Shown here: one piece after another, positions 26,670 through 35,990 of the stretch | Layout of the letters: the number at the start of each line of letters is the position of its first letter | How positions within the stretch are numbered: the first letter of the stretch is position 1 | Assembly: GCA_937960415.1 (NCBI GenBank) | Contig: CALGPK010000009.1 | Location: 16,405 to 80,404 of the forward strand | Reading direction: 5' to 3' | Source: an uncultured Bacteroidales bacterium | Lineage (GTDB): Bacteria; Bacteroidota; Bacteroidia; Bacteroidales; GWA2-32-17 | Length of the DNA stretch: 64,000 bases | The notes under the pieces: model-generated | The model's input: only the letters and a program-made list of their open reading frames with translations | What the model was told of the DNA's origin: nothing | Databases searched by the model: none | Made by a program: the position numbers and the translations under genes

Positions 26670-27527
26670 TGCTTTATTATATAAATCTATGAGTTTAAGC
26701 GATTGTACTGTTTCTCTAACATCATGTGTTCGTATTATGTCGGCTCCATTCAATATAGCCAGCGATTGTAACAGTATCGATCCTTCGAGCGATTGTTCGG
26801 GTGTTATATTTAAAGTTCTGTATATCATTGACTTTCGAGAGATGCCAATCATAACAGGGCATTCTAAAGCATTAAAAACATGAATGTTTTTTAGTATTTT
26901 AAAATTGTGTTCAATTTTTTTTCCAAATCCAAATCCCGGATCGATGATAATGTCGTTAACACCGTTTGCGTTCAGCTCGTGTTTTTTTGTTCCCAAAAAC
27001 TGAATCATTTCGGCAAGAATATCGTCGTAATAGGCTACTTGTTGCATGTTTTGAGGATTGCCTTTCATGTGCATCAACACATAAGGCACATTAAGCTTAA
27101 TAACAGTAGCAAACATTTCTTTATCGATGCTCCATGCCGATATGTCGTTAATCATGTAAAAACCATATTTCTCAACGCAAGTAATGGCGGTTTTTGCATT
27201 ATATGTGTCGATTGAGAACCATGTATTGGGAAACGTCTTGTAGATAGCATCGAGATATGGTAAGAGTCGTTTTAGCTCTTCGCTGGCAGAAAGAATATCG
27301 GCATTCGGACGCGATGAAGCTGCTCCTATGTCGATTATAGTTGCTCCATCATCTATCATTTGAGCAATAGTTTTTATGCATTGGTCTATATTATTTACAC
27401 GACTACCGTTGTAAAATGAATCGGGTGTAATGTTGATAATACCCATTACTATAGGGCTTTCGAGATAGAAAATACAATCCCTAAAACGCAGGCTTTTCTT
27501 TTTGTTAAAAATTGTATCTTTAACCAT
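26667..27527 (-). CDS. folP: Dihydropteroate synthase
   Basis: GIINITPDSF, DIGAASSRP and GISRKSM motifs of the pterin-binding DHPS. Confidence 0.92.
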   Translation of the reverse strand: MVKDTIFNKKKSLRFRDCIFYLESPIVMGIINITPDSFYNGSRVNNIDQCIKTIAQMIDDGATIIDIGAASSRPNADILSASEELKRLLPYLDAIYKTFPNTWFSIDTYNAKTAITCVEKYGFYMINDISAWSIDKEMFATVIKLNVPYVLMHMKGNPQNMQQVAYYDDILAEMIQFLGTKKHELNANGVNDIIIDPGFGFGKKIEHNFKILKNIHVFNALECPVMIGISRKSMIYRTLNITPEQSLEGSILLQSLAILNGADIIRTHDVRETVQSLKLIDLYNKA

Positions 27528-27560
27528 CTTTTTTTTGGTGTAAAGTTAAAAAAATAATTC

Positions 27561-28247
27561 ATGCCACTTATTGTTCTCGAAGGGCTCGATGGAGCAGGAA
27601 AGTCAACCCAAATAAAGTTGTTGACTGAATATTTCAATCAACAGCAAAAGGATGTTTATTTCTTACACTTTCCACGTCTGAATAGTCCATATTTTGGCGA
27701 TCTTATTTCAACCTTTTTAAGAGGTGAATTTGGTGATATCGATCAGGTACACCCAAAGTTGGTTGCTTTGTTGTATGCTGGTGACAGATGGAGTGCTTCA
27801 TCCGAAATTAAATCGTATCTTGAAAAAGACTATATTGTATTGCTCGATCGTTATGTATATTCCAATCTTGCCTATCAATGTGCAAAAATTTTGTCAGATG
27901 ACGAAAAACAACAATTACGCGAATGGATACTTCAGTTCGAGTTTGACTTTTTTAAAATTCCCAGACCCGATATCAATATTTTTTTAGACGTTCCGCTTAG
28001 TTTTGTAAAACAAAAGCTTATAGAACGCCGTCAAGGCGACAATCGAACGAGCTTAAAAGGCAAAACCGATATTCACGAAAAAAGTATTCGTTTTCAGGAA
28101 AAAGTAAGAAACGAATATTTATATCTTTGTAATGCTTACGATTTACTTTATGTCGATTGTACATTGGGCAACAAAATACTTCCGCCCAATAATGTTTTTC
28201 AAAAAATTGTTTGTATTTTAGAGGAAAAATTAAATGAAAATAAGTGA
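27561..28247 (+). CDS. tmk: Thymidylate kinase (dTMP kinase) family protein
   Basis: IVLEGLDGAGKSTQ P-loop and a DRY-containing segment (LLDRYVYSNLAYQ). 228 aa. Confidence 0.82.
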   Translation: MPLIVLEGLDGAGKSTQIKLLTEYFNQQQKDVYFLHFPRLNSPYFGDLISTFLRGEFGDIDQVHPKLVALLYAGDRWSASSEIKSYLEKDYIVLLDRYVYSNLAYQCAKILSDDEKQQLREWILQFEFDFFKIPRPDINIFLDVPLSFVKQKLIERRQGDNRTSLKGKTDIHEKSIRFQEKVRNEYLYLCNAYDLLYVDCTLGNKILPPNNVFQKIVCILEEKLNENK

Positions 28248-28249
28248 TA

Positions 28250-28474
28250 ATGAAAATAACGCTTGCTTTATTGATTTCTTTTTTAGTTACCACGTGTTCA
28301 AATAATGAACAGAAACAACAACAAGTAAATACTAAAAAAGGTATGACAATAGAGGAATTGGTTAAAGGACCTGATTGGGAATTGATAGACGATTCGGTTA
28401 TGGTAGATGGAATGTATTGCAAACATTATCGCAACAAAATAACCAATCAAAACATAATCATAGTTCCAGAATAA
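28250..28474 (+). CDS. Small putative lipoprotein, unknown function
   Basis: MKITLALLISFLVTTCSNNEQKQ signal plus Cys. The ORF-track start at 28244 is a GTG overlapping the tmk stop, and an ATG is at 28250. No homologue recognised. Confidence 0.5.
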   Translation: MKITLALLISFLVTTCSNNEQKQQQVNTKKGMTIEELVKGPDWELIDDSVMVDGMYCKHYRNKITNQNIIIVPE

Positions 28475-28484
28475 AAGCTTAAAT

Positions 28485-28958
28485 ATGATATCATCAGCAG
28501 AAAAATTTATGCGCCATGCCATTGCTTTGTCGGATGAGAATATTGACAAAGGGGGCGGACCTTTTGGTGCGGTGATAGTAAAAGATGGTAAAATTATTGC
28601 GAGTGCTGCCAATAGTGTTACTTTAACTAATGACCCAACTGCTCATGCCGAGATAAATGCAATACGTTTGGCTGCCAAATCGTTAGGCACATTCGATTTG
28701 TCGGGCTGCGAAATATACACTTCGTGCGAACCCTGCCCTATGTGTTTAGGAGCTATATATTGGGCAAGAATTGATAAAATATATTATGCCAATACCAAAA
28801 CCGATGCCAGCCAAATCAATTTCGACGATGCATTTATATATGAAGAAATAATGAAGCCCATAGACCAGCGTCGAAAACCTTTTGTTCAAATATTACGCAA
28901 TGAAGCCATTAAAGTTTTTCAGAAATGGCAACAAAAAGAAGACAAAATACCTTATTAA
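28485..28958 (+). CDS. Guanine deaminase-like nucleoside/nucleobase deaminase (CDA fold)
   Basis: GGPFGAVIV, HAEINAI and PCPMCLGAIYWARI motifs plus an FDDAFIYEE tail, which resembles the B. subtilis GuaD-type guanine deaminase rather than TadA. Confidence 0.75.
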   Translation: MISSAEKFMRHAIALSDENIDKGGGPFGAVIVKDGKIIASAANSVTLTNDPTAHAEINAIRLAAKSLGTFDLSGCEIYTSCEPCPMCLGAIYWARIDKIYYANTKTDASQINFDDAFIYEEIMKPIDQRRKPFVQILRNEAIKVFQKWQQKEDKIPY

Positions 28959-29473
28959 CTAACGTTTTACCTATTGATTTTTTTCAGACCGATGCTTTAG
29001 AAATAGCTCCGTTATTATTGGGCAAAAAATTAGTTCGAGAATTGCCCAGTGGAGAGCGATTGCACGATATAATTACCGAAGTAGAAGTTTATCGCGGCGA
29101 AGAAGATTTAGCCTGCCATGCCAGTAAAGGTCGGACACGCCGCACCGAGGTAATGTACAAAAGTGGTGGGCACATATACGTATATTTGATTTATGGCATG
29201 TACGATATGTTTAATATCGTAACCGGCTCCGATGGCTATCCACAAGCAATCTTAATAAGAGGAACAAAAAATATTAATGGTCCGGGAAAATTGACTCGTT
29301 ATTTTTTTATTGATCGTTCATTAAATGGGAAATTACTGGTGCCTTCTACTAAATTATGGATAGAAGAAACTAACCTTAGTTTAGATTATGAAACTACACC
29401 CCGTATAGGTGTAGAATATGCTAAAGAATGGAAATTAAAGCCATGGCGATATGTTGCAAAAAATTATAGGTAA
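28925..29473 (+). CDS. mpg: DNA-3-methyladenine glycosylase (Mpg/AAG family)
   Basis: [49 protein letters not shown] and [13 protein letters not shown] are family signatures. Its only ATG gives a 34-nt overlap with the deaminase gene. Confidence 0.85.
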   Translation: MATKRRQNTLLTNVLPIDFFQTDALEIAPLLLGKKLVRELPSGERLHDIITEVEVYRGEEDLACHASKGRTRRTEVMYKSGGHIYVYLIYGMYDMFNIVTGSDGYPQAILIRGTKNINGPGKLTRYFFIDRSLNGKLLVPSTKLWIEETNLSLDYETTPRIGVEYAKEWKLKPWRYVAKNYR

Positions 29474-29975
29474 TACGAATGTTATTTTGATTAAAGAAGA
29501 CATTACCAAACTTAATGTCGATGCCATTGTTAATGCGGCAAATAAAACATTATTGGGAGGTGGTGGTGTAGATGGTGCCATACATCGTGCAGCCGGGAAA
29601 CAATTGCTCGAAGAATGCAAACTGCTTGGTGGCTGCGAAACCGGTCAAGCAAAAATTACTGGGGGATACTTGCTTCCTGCTAAATATGTTATTCATACCG
29701 TTGGACCTGTATGGAATGGTGGAAAAAACAATGAAGATGAGCTACTTGCATCGTGTTATCGAAATAGCCTCGAATTGGCAAAAAACTATAGTATTAAAAA
29801 CATAGCTTTTCCCAATATTAGCACCGGTGTTTATGGATTTCCTAAAGAAAGAGCAGCCAGGATAGCAATACATACAGTTACTGAATATTTAAAGGAAAAC
29901 CATTTTTTATACACTCTTTATTTTGTAACATTTGATGAAGAAAATTATCGTTGTTACGTTAAATTGCTAAAATAA
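29451..29975 (+). CDS. Macro domain protein (O-acetyl-ADP-ribose deacetylase / ADP-ribosylhydrolase, YmdB-like)
   Basis: [26 protein letters not shown] and ISTGVYGFP motifs. 23-nt overlap with mpg. Confidence 0.88.
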   Translation: MLQKIIGNTNVILIKEDITKLNVDAIVNAANKTLLGGGGVDGAIHRAAGKQLLEECKLLGGCETGQAKITGGYLLPAKYVIHTVGPVWNGGKNNEDELLASCYRNSLELAKNYSIKNIAFPNISTGVYGFPKERAARIAIHTVTEYLKENHFLYTLYFVTFDEENYRCYVKLLK

Positions 29976-30093
29976 TTACCCGCAACTAAAGTAAGAACTA
30001 TTGAAAATGGTAAACGATGATTACGTTAAATTTATCTCGATGCTATGTTAATAGTTAACAAAAAACTTTTATTTTCGCAAAAAATATATTATT

Positions 30094-31284
30094 ATGAATT
30101 TGCATGAATATCAGGCCAAAAGTTTGTTAAAAAGATTTGGAGTCCAAGTGCCTTTAGGCTATATGCTTACCAATGCCGGTGATGCTGCTTTTATAGCTGA
30201 GAAAATTAAGCAAGAAACAGGGGTTGACGTATATGCGGTTAAAGCGCAGATACATGCAGGAGGTAGGGGCAAAGGTGGTGGTGTAAAGATAGCCAAATCA
30301 ATTTCAGAAGCTAGCGAATATGCCAAACAAATATTAGGTATGACTTTGGTGACCCACCAAACCGGACCACAAGGTAAACTTGTTCGAAAAATATATATCG
30401 AACAGGGTATATATTATTCAGGACCATTCGAAATAAAAGAATTCTACCTGAGTATTTTGCTAAATCGTCAAACCAGTGAGTTGGTGGTAGTGTATTCTCC
30501 CGAAGGTGGGATGGATATCGAAGAAGTATCGGACAAGCATCCCGAGAAAATATTTAAAGAGCCCATAGATCCGCATTTGGGTTTAACGGATTTTAATGCT
30601 CGTAAGATTGCCTTCAATTTGGGTTTAACGGGCGAAGCCTTTAAAGCGGCTATACCATTTTTAAAATCGTTATACAGAGCTTATATAGAAACCGATGCCA
30701 GCTTAATTGAGATAAATCCTTTGGTTAAAACTTCTGATGATAAACTTTATGCGGCTGATGCAAAAATGATTTTAGATGATAATGCCTTGTTCAGACATCC
30801 AGAATTTATCGAATGGCGCGATAAAGACGAGGAAGATCCGTACGAAGTTGAAGCATCGGAACATCATTTAAATTTTGTTAAACTCGATGGGAATGTAGGT
30901 TGTATGGTAAACGGGGCTGGTTTGGCTATGGCTACGATGGATATAATAAAACTTTCTGGTGGTGAGCCTGCAAATTTCCTTGATGTAGGAGGTGGCGCCA
31001 ATGCCAGAACCGTTGAAGCGGGTTTTAGAATCATTCTTAAAGACCCTCGTGTAAAAGCAATTTTGGTGAATATTTTTGGAGGCATTGTCCGTTGCGATAG
31101 AGTTGCAGAAGGCATTATAGAGGCATACAAAAACATAGGCGAAATTCGTGTTCCTATTGTTGTTCGTTTACAAGGAACCAATGCCGAACTGGCAAAGCAA
31201 ATGATCGATCAGTCGGGTTTAAAAGTTTATTCAGCAATAACCTTGCAAGAAGCAGCCGATATTGTTCGTAAAGTTTTGAATTAA
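30094..31284 (+). CDS. sucC: Succinate--CoA ligase (ADP-forming) beta subunit
   Basis: MNLHEYQAKSLLKRFGV N-terminus, ATP-grasp plus CoA-ligase domains, NIFGGIVRCD motif. Confidence 0.95.
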   Translation: MNLHEYQAKSLLKRFGVQVPLGYMLTNAGDAAFIAEKIKQETGVDVYAVKAQIHAGGRGKGGGVKIAKSISEASEYAKQILGMTLVTHQTGPQGKLVRKIYIEQGIYYSGPFEIKEFYLSILLNRQTSELVVVYSPEGGMDIEEVSDKHPEKIFKEPIDPHLGLTDFNARKIAFNLGLTGEAFKAAIPFLKSLYRAYIETDASLIEINPLVKTSDDKLYAADAKMILDDNALFRHPEFIEWRDKDEEDPYEVEASEHHLNFVKLDGNVGCMVNGAGLAMATMDIIKLSGGEPANFLDVGGGANARTVEAGFRIILKDPRVKAILVNIFGGIVRCDRVAEGIIEAYKNIGEIRVPIVVRLQGTNAELAKQMIDQSGLKVYSAITLQEAADIVRKVLN

Positions 31285-31315
31285 GTTTGGCATTGCACTT
31301 GCACAATACCATCGT

Positions 31316-31912
31316 ATGAAAAGAGCCCTTTTTGCGATATTTTTTTTTATTAGCTTATCCTCGTTTTCGCAAGGCGATAGCAGTAAAGCTCAAAGGCATG
31401 GCTATTTGGTTTATTTCAATATTGTTAATGGCGACACATTGCCAATTATTTATTTACGCGAATTGACGATTTTTCCTCCCAGAGTTTTTACCAGTAAACG
31501 AGAAGAATTACGATATACTAAGCTTGTTCGACGAATTAAGAAGGTTTTACCTTATGCAAAATTGGCAAAGGTTAAGCTAATGATTATCGAAATGGAATTA
31601 AAGAAGATACCCACTGAAGAAGGACGCAAACAATATTTGAAAATTGCTGAAAAAAAACTCCGACAAGATTTTGAAGATGAACTGAAAAATTTAACCATCT
31701 CCGAAGGTCGCTTGCTTATAAAACTAATAGACCGAGAAACAGGGAAAACCTCTTATGAACTTATAAAGGAGCTTAAAGGCTCATTTACGGCATTTATGTA
31801 TCAGCAAATAGCTCGTCTTTTTGGCGAAAATTTGAAAGAACAATACGATTCTCAGGGAGAGGATAAATATATTGAGGAAATTGTGGTGCGAATAGAAAAT
31901 GGAGAATTATAA
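31316..31912 (+). CDS. DUF4294-family secreted protein
   Basis: Signal peptide. The conserved block ISEGRLLIKLIDRETGKTSYELIKELKGSF is as I remember for DUF4294. Confidence 0.65.
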   Translation: MKRALFAIFFFISLSSFSQGDSSKAQRHGYLVYFNIVNGDTLPIIYLRELTIFPPRVFTSKREELRYTKLVRRIKKVLPYAKLAKVKLMIIEMELKKIPTEEGRKQYLKIAEKKLRQDFEDELKNLTISEGRLLIKLIDRETGKTSYELIKELKGSFTAFMYQQIARLFGENLKEQYDSQGEDKYIEEIVVRIENGEL

Positions 31913-33529
31913 GATTTCTCTTCGTACAATAGCGAAAACACTTGCTTTCTTAAAAATATCAAACACATGAATATTAGGGTTTGAAAGAATTTTTATGAGG
32001 TTTGGATGAGCTTTTCCGTTGTACAATTTTATGTGCGTCCAATCGATGCCTAAAAATTGCCCTTCGCTGAATCGATGATTGAATTCTTTGTCGTCGCTAC
32101 TCGATTCTATTGGAAAAACCATTTCAGATGTGTCATAAACTTCTAACCATGTGTGATTAAAGTAAATACTAATAATGCCCGATGTTGCATTGTAAAAACG
32201 AGGTATTTTATAACCACTTGCTGATTGACACGAAATATTATTAATATGTAATAGAATAAGCATCAACGAAGCATAATCGCCGCATGTTCCGTATCCATCT
32301 TCCATAACCTCGATAAAATTACGAGCATAAATATTTTTTTTGTATTCGAGACGTTCGTATACATAATTTCGCAAAGTCAGTAGTTTGTCGTAATCGCAAC
32401 TATCATTGTTAATGATAAATTTTTGAAAATACGGGTTGTTGCAATCAAGGTCTTCTTTTTCTATATCGGTCAATAAATCTTTTTGTGATAATTTAAAAAG
32501 TTCTTTTCTTTTAGGTAGAATTTTCAAACTTTTAAGATGTATAATGGCTCTATATCCGATAGCTTGAGTGTTTTTGTTTGGTATGGTGAATTCGGCAAAA
32601 AGTTGATCGTTGTGTTTTATTACATCAAATTTAAGGCCCATTGGTTGTATGTCTTTTATTTGCTGATGTTTGGTTTGTGTTGGTAGTGCCAACTGTACTT
32701 TTAATGGGAAAAGGTTTTCGTCTAAGTTGTTGTATAAATTTTCTTCGTAATAAAACTCTACTTCGAATGTATTGGTGTAAGTGGTAATATAATTATTGCT
32801 TTCTTCGACGGTAATATTGATTTTGTGCAGAAATGGCTTTTGTTCTTGCCAGCAACGGTTTTCGTATCCTACTTCGTTAACAAGTCCGCCGTATAAAATG
32901 TAATGTTCATTGTTAATGAATACTTGTCCTATGGGATCAATAAATGGCGTAATAGCTTCAAAAATAAGTATGCCATCTTTTGAATATTTTCGTATGAGAT
33001 TTTCTTCCGAATCGGTAATGAAAATATAATCGTCAATACTTATCAATGAATGGTGTCCAATGCCTTTGATTTTAAATGTTTTTATTATTTGATAGCTGTG
33101 ATTTTCTATTTTAATTTGACATATCGTACTTTTGTATCGGTCAGTAATCCATAGATAGGGATATTCGACAATAAAGTTATCTACTTCTTCGAAATATGAT
33201 ATATCGCTCTCTATGGAATGTTCATCGAATATGATAAATTTTTTATGCTGTTTGTTGTACGAAATAAACTTATTACTAAAAGTAGCAATACCAATGCAAT
33301 TTTTTAATGAAGTGCAGTGATTTGAGCATATTTGAGTTATAGATTTTTCGAAAAAGTTAAAAACAAATAGGCGACCTGTTAGATTGTTAAGCAAAAAGAT
33401 ATTATTGTTGTTATTTTGACAAATGAATAAGTATCTTTTTTTTTCATGCTTAGGAATGGTGATACTACCATCGAAGTGCTCAACGACTGTGTCGTATTTG
33501 TTTAATGGTATATAAATTAGATCTATCAC
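31907..33529 (-). CDS. Cytoplasmic transglutaminase-like cysteine protease-fold protein with long N-terminal beta-rich region
   Basis: 540 aa with no signal peptide. C-terminal transglutaminase core GTCGDYASLMLILLH (Cys) ... NHTWLEVY (His) ... downstream Asp. N-terminal ~240 aa has repeated hydrophobic strand patterns (possible propeller). Confidence 0.72.
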   Translation of the reverse strand: MIDLIYIPLNKYDTVVEHFDGSITIPKHEKKRYLFICQNNNNNIFLLNNLTGRLFVFNFFEKSITQICSNHCTSLKNCIGIATFSNKFISYNKQHKKFIIFDEHSIESDISYFEEVDNFIVEYPYLWITDRYKSTICQIKIENHSYQIIKTFKIKGIGHHSLISIDDYIFITDSEENLIRKYSKDGILIFEAITPFIDPIGQVFINNEHYILYGGLVNEVGYENRCWQEQKPFLHKINITVEESNNYITTYTNTFEVEFYYEENLYNNLDENLFPLKVQLALPTQTKHQQIKDIQPMGLKFDVIKHNDQLFAEFTIPNKNTQAIGYRAIIHLKSLKILPKRKELFKLSQKDLLTDIEKEDLDCNNPYFQKFIINNDSCDYDKLLTLRNYVYERLEYKKNIYARNFIEVMEDGYGTCGDYASLMLILLHINNISCQSASGYKIPRFYNATSGIISIYFNHTWLEVYDTSEMVFPIESSSDDKEFNHRFSEGQFLGIDWTHIKLYNGKAHPNLIKILSNPNIHVFDIFKKASVFAIVRREIL

Positions 33530-33770
33530 GATGCAAATTTAATATTTTACTATCTTTCTTTAATGTGTAAGAAAAACATTTTATCCTTGTTTATGCAATA
33601 AAATTTATTGTATCATTTAATGTTCTATATTGATTCTAAATAACGATTGTTTTTAAGCATGATTTTGTCGAGTTGTTTTATCCTAAAATTTGTAAATCAA
33701 TATTTTAAGTTGTGAGACTATGACTATTCAAAAACGCTTTTAAACTTATACAAGACTTAAAAAGTATTTC

Positions 33771-33778
33771 TATTTTTG
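33771..33778 (+). promoter_or_regulatory. Candidate -7 box (TAttTTTG) for the rnf operon
   Basis: 21 nt upstream of the GTG at 33800. Confidence 0.45.
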
Positions 33779-33799
33779 CAATCATAAAATTGTTAAGTT

Positions 33800-34657
33800 G
33801 TGAGCATTATCATTTATTCTTTGTTGGCTTTAGGTTGCGTAGCATTATTGTTTGCAACAGTTATTTTTTTTGTTGACAAAAAATTTAAAGTAGTTGAAGA
33901 TCCACGTATCGACAAAGTTCAGGAGATTCTTCCCGGCGCTAATTGTGGTGGATGTGGCTATCCCGGATGTCGTGGTTTTGCCGAAGCCATTGTAAAAACA
34001 GGGGATTTTAGTGCCTTGTTTTGTCCGGTGGGTGGCAATGAAGTTGCCAAAAAAGCTGCTGTTATTATGGGAGTAGAGGTAAAGGAAAAAGCTCCTCGAA
34101 TAGCAGTGGTACGTTGCAATGGTTCGTATCAGAATGCACCACAAAAAGCCAGGTATGAAGGCGCTTCGAGTTGTGCATTTGCTCACATGCTTTTTGCAGG
34201 TGAGAGTGGTTGTCCTTATGGTTGTTTGGGGTGTGGCGATTGTGTATCTTCGTGTACCTTCGATGCTATTTTTATGAATCCAGAAACAGGTTTACCGGTG
34301 GTAATTGAAGATAAATGTACTTCGTGTGGAGCTTGTGTAAAAGCATGTCCGCGTGGTATTATTGAGCTTCGCAATAAAGGTCCAAAAGGTAAAAGGATTT
34401 TTGTAAGTTGTATTAATAAAGAAAAAGGGGCAGTTGCTCGTAAAAATTGTGCTGTGGCATGTATAGGATGTGGCAAATGTGTGAAAGTATGTCCGCACGA
34501 GGCAATTACATTATCCGATAATTTGGCATATATCGATTACGAAAAATGCAAGTTGTGCCGTAAGTGTGTGAGCGAATGCCCTACCGGTGCTATTCTCGAA
34601 ATTAATTTTCCACCAAGAAAAACCGATGTTAAAAATACTAATGAAGTAGAAGCATGA
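33800..34657 (+). CDS. rnfB: Rnf electron-transport complex subunit B (polyferredoxin)
   Basis: N-terminal TM helix, the CGGCGYPGC cluster, then several CxxCxxCxxxCP ferredoxin motifs. GTG start at 33800. First gene of the rnfBCDGEA order typical of Bacteroidota. Confidence 0.9.
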   Translation: MSIIIYSLLALGCVALLFATVIFFVDKKFKVVEDPRIDKVQEILPGANCGGCGYPGCRGFAEAIVKTGDFSALFCPVGGNEVAKKAAVIMGVEVKEKAPRIAVVRCNGSYQNAPQKARYEGASSCAFAHMLFAGESGCPYGCLGCGDCVSSCTFDAIFMNPETGLPVVIEDKCTSCGACVKACPRGIIELRNKGPKGKRIFVSCINKEKGAVARKNCAVACIGCGKCVKVCPHEAITLSDNLAYIDYEKCKLCRKCVSECPTGAILEINFPPRKTDVKNTNEVEA

Positions 34658-35988
34658 ATGGTTTAAAGACTTTTCCGTTAGGTGGTGTACATCCCGATGA
34701 TTGTAAGTTTACTTCTCAGAAGTCTATTGTATCAATTCCCATCCCCGAAAGAGTTTATATTCCGGTGTCGCAAAGTTTGGGTGCCCCATCTGTTCCTATT
34801 GTAAATAAAGGCGATAAAGTTAAAACAGGTCAGCTTATTGCCAAAGGTGAGGCTTTTATTTCGTCTAACATACATTCGTCGGTTACCGGCGAAGTCGAAA
34901 AGATAGAAGATTGGATTGATACCAGTGGTTATAAACGTAAAACTATTATTATTAAAACCGAGCCCGATGTTTGGGAAGAGGGAATAGACTTGTCGTCGGA
35001 AATAAAACGCGAAATTACACTGTCGAAAGAAGAAATTATTCAGCGTATTAAAGATAAAGGTATCGTAGGATTGGGAGGTGCAACTTTCCCTACTCATGTA
35101 AAAGTATCCATTCCACAAGGTAAAAAGGCCGAATACCTGATAATAAATGGCGTAGAGTGCGAACCGTATTTAACTTCCGATCATCGTTTGATGCTTGAAA
35201 AGGGAGAGGAGATACTCATCGGTACTCAAATACTCATGAAAGCCATTGATGTTGATCAGGCTATTATTGGGATTGAAGCTAATAAGCCCGATGCCATTGA
35301 ACATTTATCGAAACTTGCCGAAAAATATAAAGGAATAAAGGTACAGGGATTAAAACTTAAATATCCTCAAGGTGCCGAAAAACAGCTCATTAAGGCTTTA
35401 GTAAACCGTGAAGTGCCATCAGGTAAATTGCCTATTGAAGTGGGTTGTGTAGTTCAAAACGTGGGTACTGCTTTTGCTGTTTACGAAGCTGTTCAGAAAA
35501 ACAAACCGTTAATAAATCGTGTGGTAACACTAAGTGGTAATAATATTGAAGGTGGCAACTTTATGGTTCGCATAGGAACGCCCATTCAAAAGTTGATAGA
35601 TTTTTGTGGTGCTAAGCTTGAAAATATCGATAAGATTATAAATGGCGGTCCTATGATGGGTAAAGCGTTAGTATCAACCGAAGTTCCAGTTACAAAGGGC
35701 ACGTCGGGTATTTTATTATTTTCGGCAGAGGTTAGTAGCCGAATGAAGGTGTACAACTGTGTGCGTTGTGGTAAGTGTGTATCGGCTTGTCCTATGGGAT
35801 TAGAGCCGATTGTGCTCGAAAAAGCAGCCGAAGTTGGCAACTGGGATTTGGCCGAGAAGTATCATGTGCTCGATTGTATTGAATGTGGTTCGTGCCATTA
35901 TACATGTCCGGCAGGACGTCCGTTGTTAGATATGATTCGTTTGGGTAAAAATAAAGTGAATCAGATAATAAGAAGCAGAGTTAAGTAG
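34654..35988 (+). CDS. rnfC: Rnf complex subunit C
   Basis: GLGGATFPTHVK NADH/FMN-site motif and two CxxCGxCxxxCP clusters. 4-nt overlap with rnfB. Confidence 0.93.
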   Translation: MNGLKTFPLGGVHPDDCKFTSQKSIVSIPIPERVYIPVSQSLGAPSVPIVNKGDKVKTGQLIAKGEAFISSNIHSSVTGEVEKIEDWIDTSGYKRKTIIIKTEPDVWEEGIDLSSEIKREITLSKEEIIQRIKDKGIVGLGGATFPTHVKVSIPQGKKAEYLIINGVECEPYLTSDHRLMLEKGEEILIGTQILMKAIDVDQAIIGIEANKPDAIEHLSKLAEKYKGIKVQGLKLKYPQGAEKQLIKALVNREVPSGKLPIEVGCVVQNVGTAFAVYEAVQKNKPLINRVVTLSGNNIEGGNFMVRIGTPIQKLIDFCGAKLENIDKIINGGPMMGKALVSTEVPVTKGTSGILLFSAEVSSRMKVYNCVRCGKCVSACPMGLEPIVLEKAAEVGNWDLAEKYHVLDCIECGSCHYTCPAGRPLLDMIRLGKNKVNQIIRSRVK

Positions 35989-35990
35989 TT

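Noticed and set aside
28018-28422. 134-aa minus-strand ORF spanning the tmk 3' end and the small lipoprotein gene
   Set aside because: It is antisense to two co-directional genes, has no promoter box and its sequence is implausible. I treat it as spurious.
30094-31284. sucC without an adjacent sucD
   Set aside because: As far as I recall, the two subunit genes are commonly unlinked in Bacteroidota. sucC is full-length and intact, so I do not treat this as a pseudogene or an anomaly.
34732-35118. 128-aa minus-strand ORF antisense to rnfC, and similar ORFs antisense to rnfB, rnfE and rnfA
   Set aside because: These are shadow ORFs within a well-supported operon. The sequences are N/F/R-rich and have no recognisable features.
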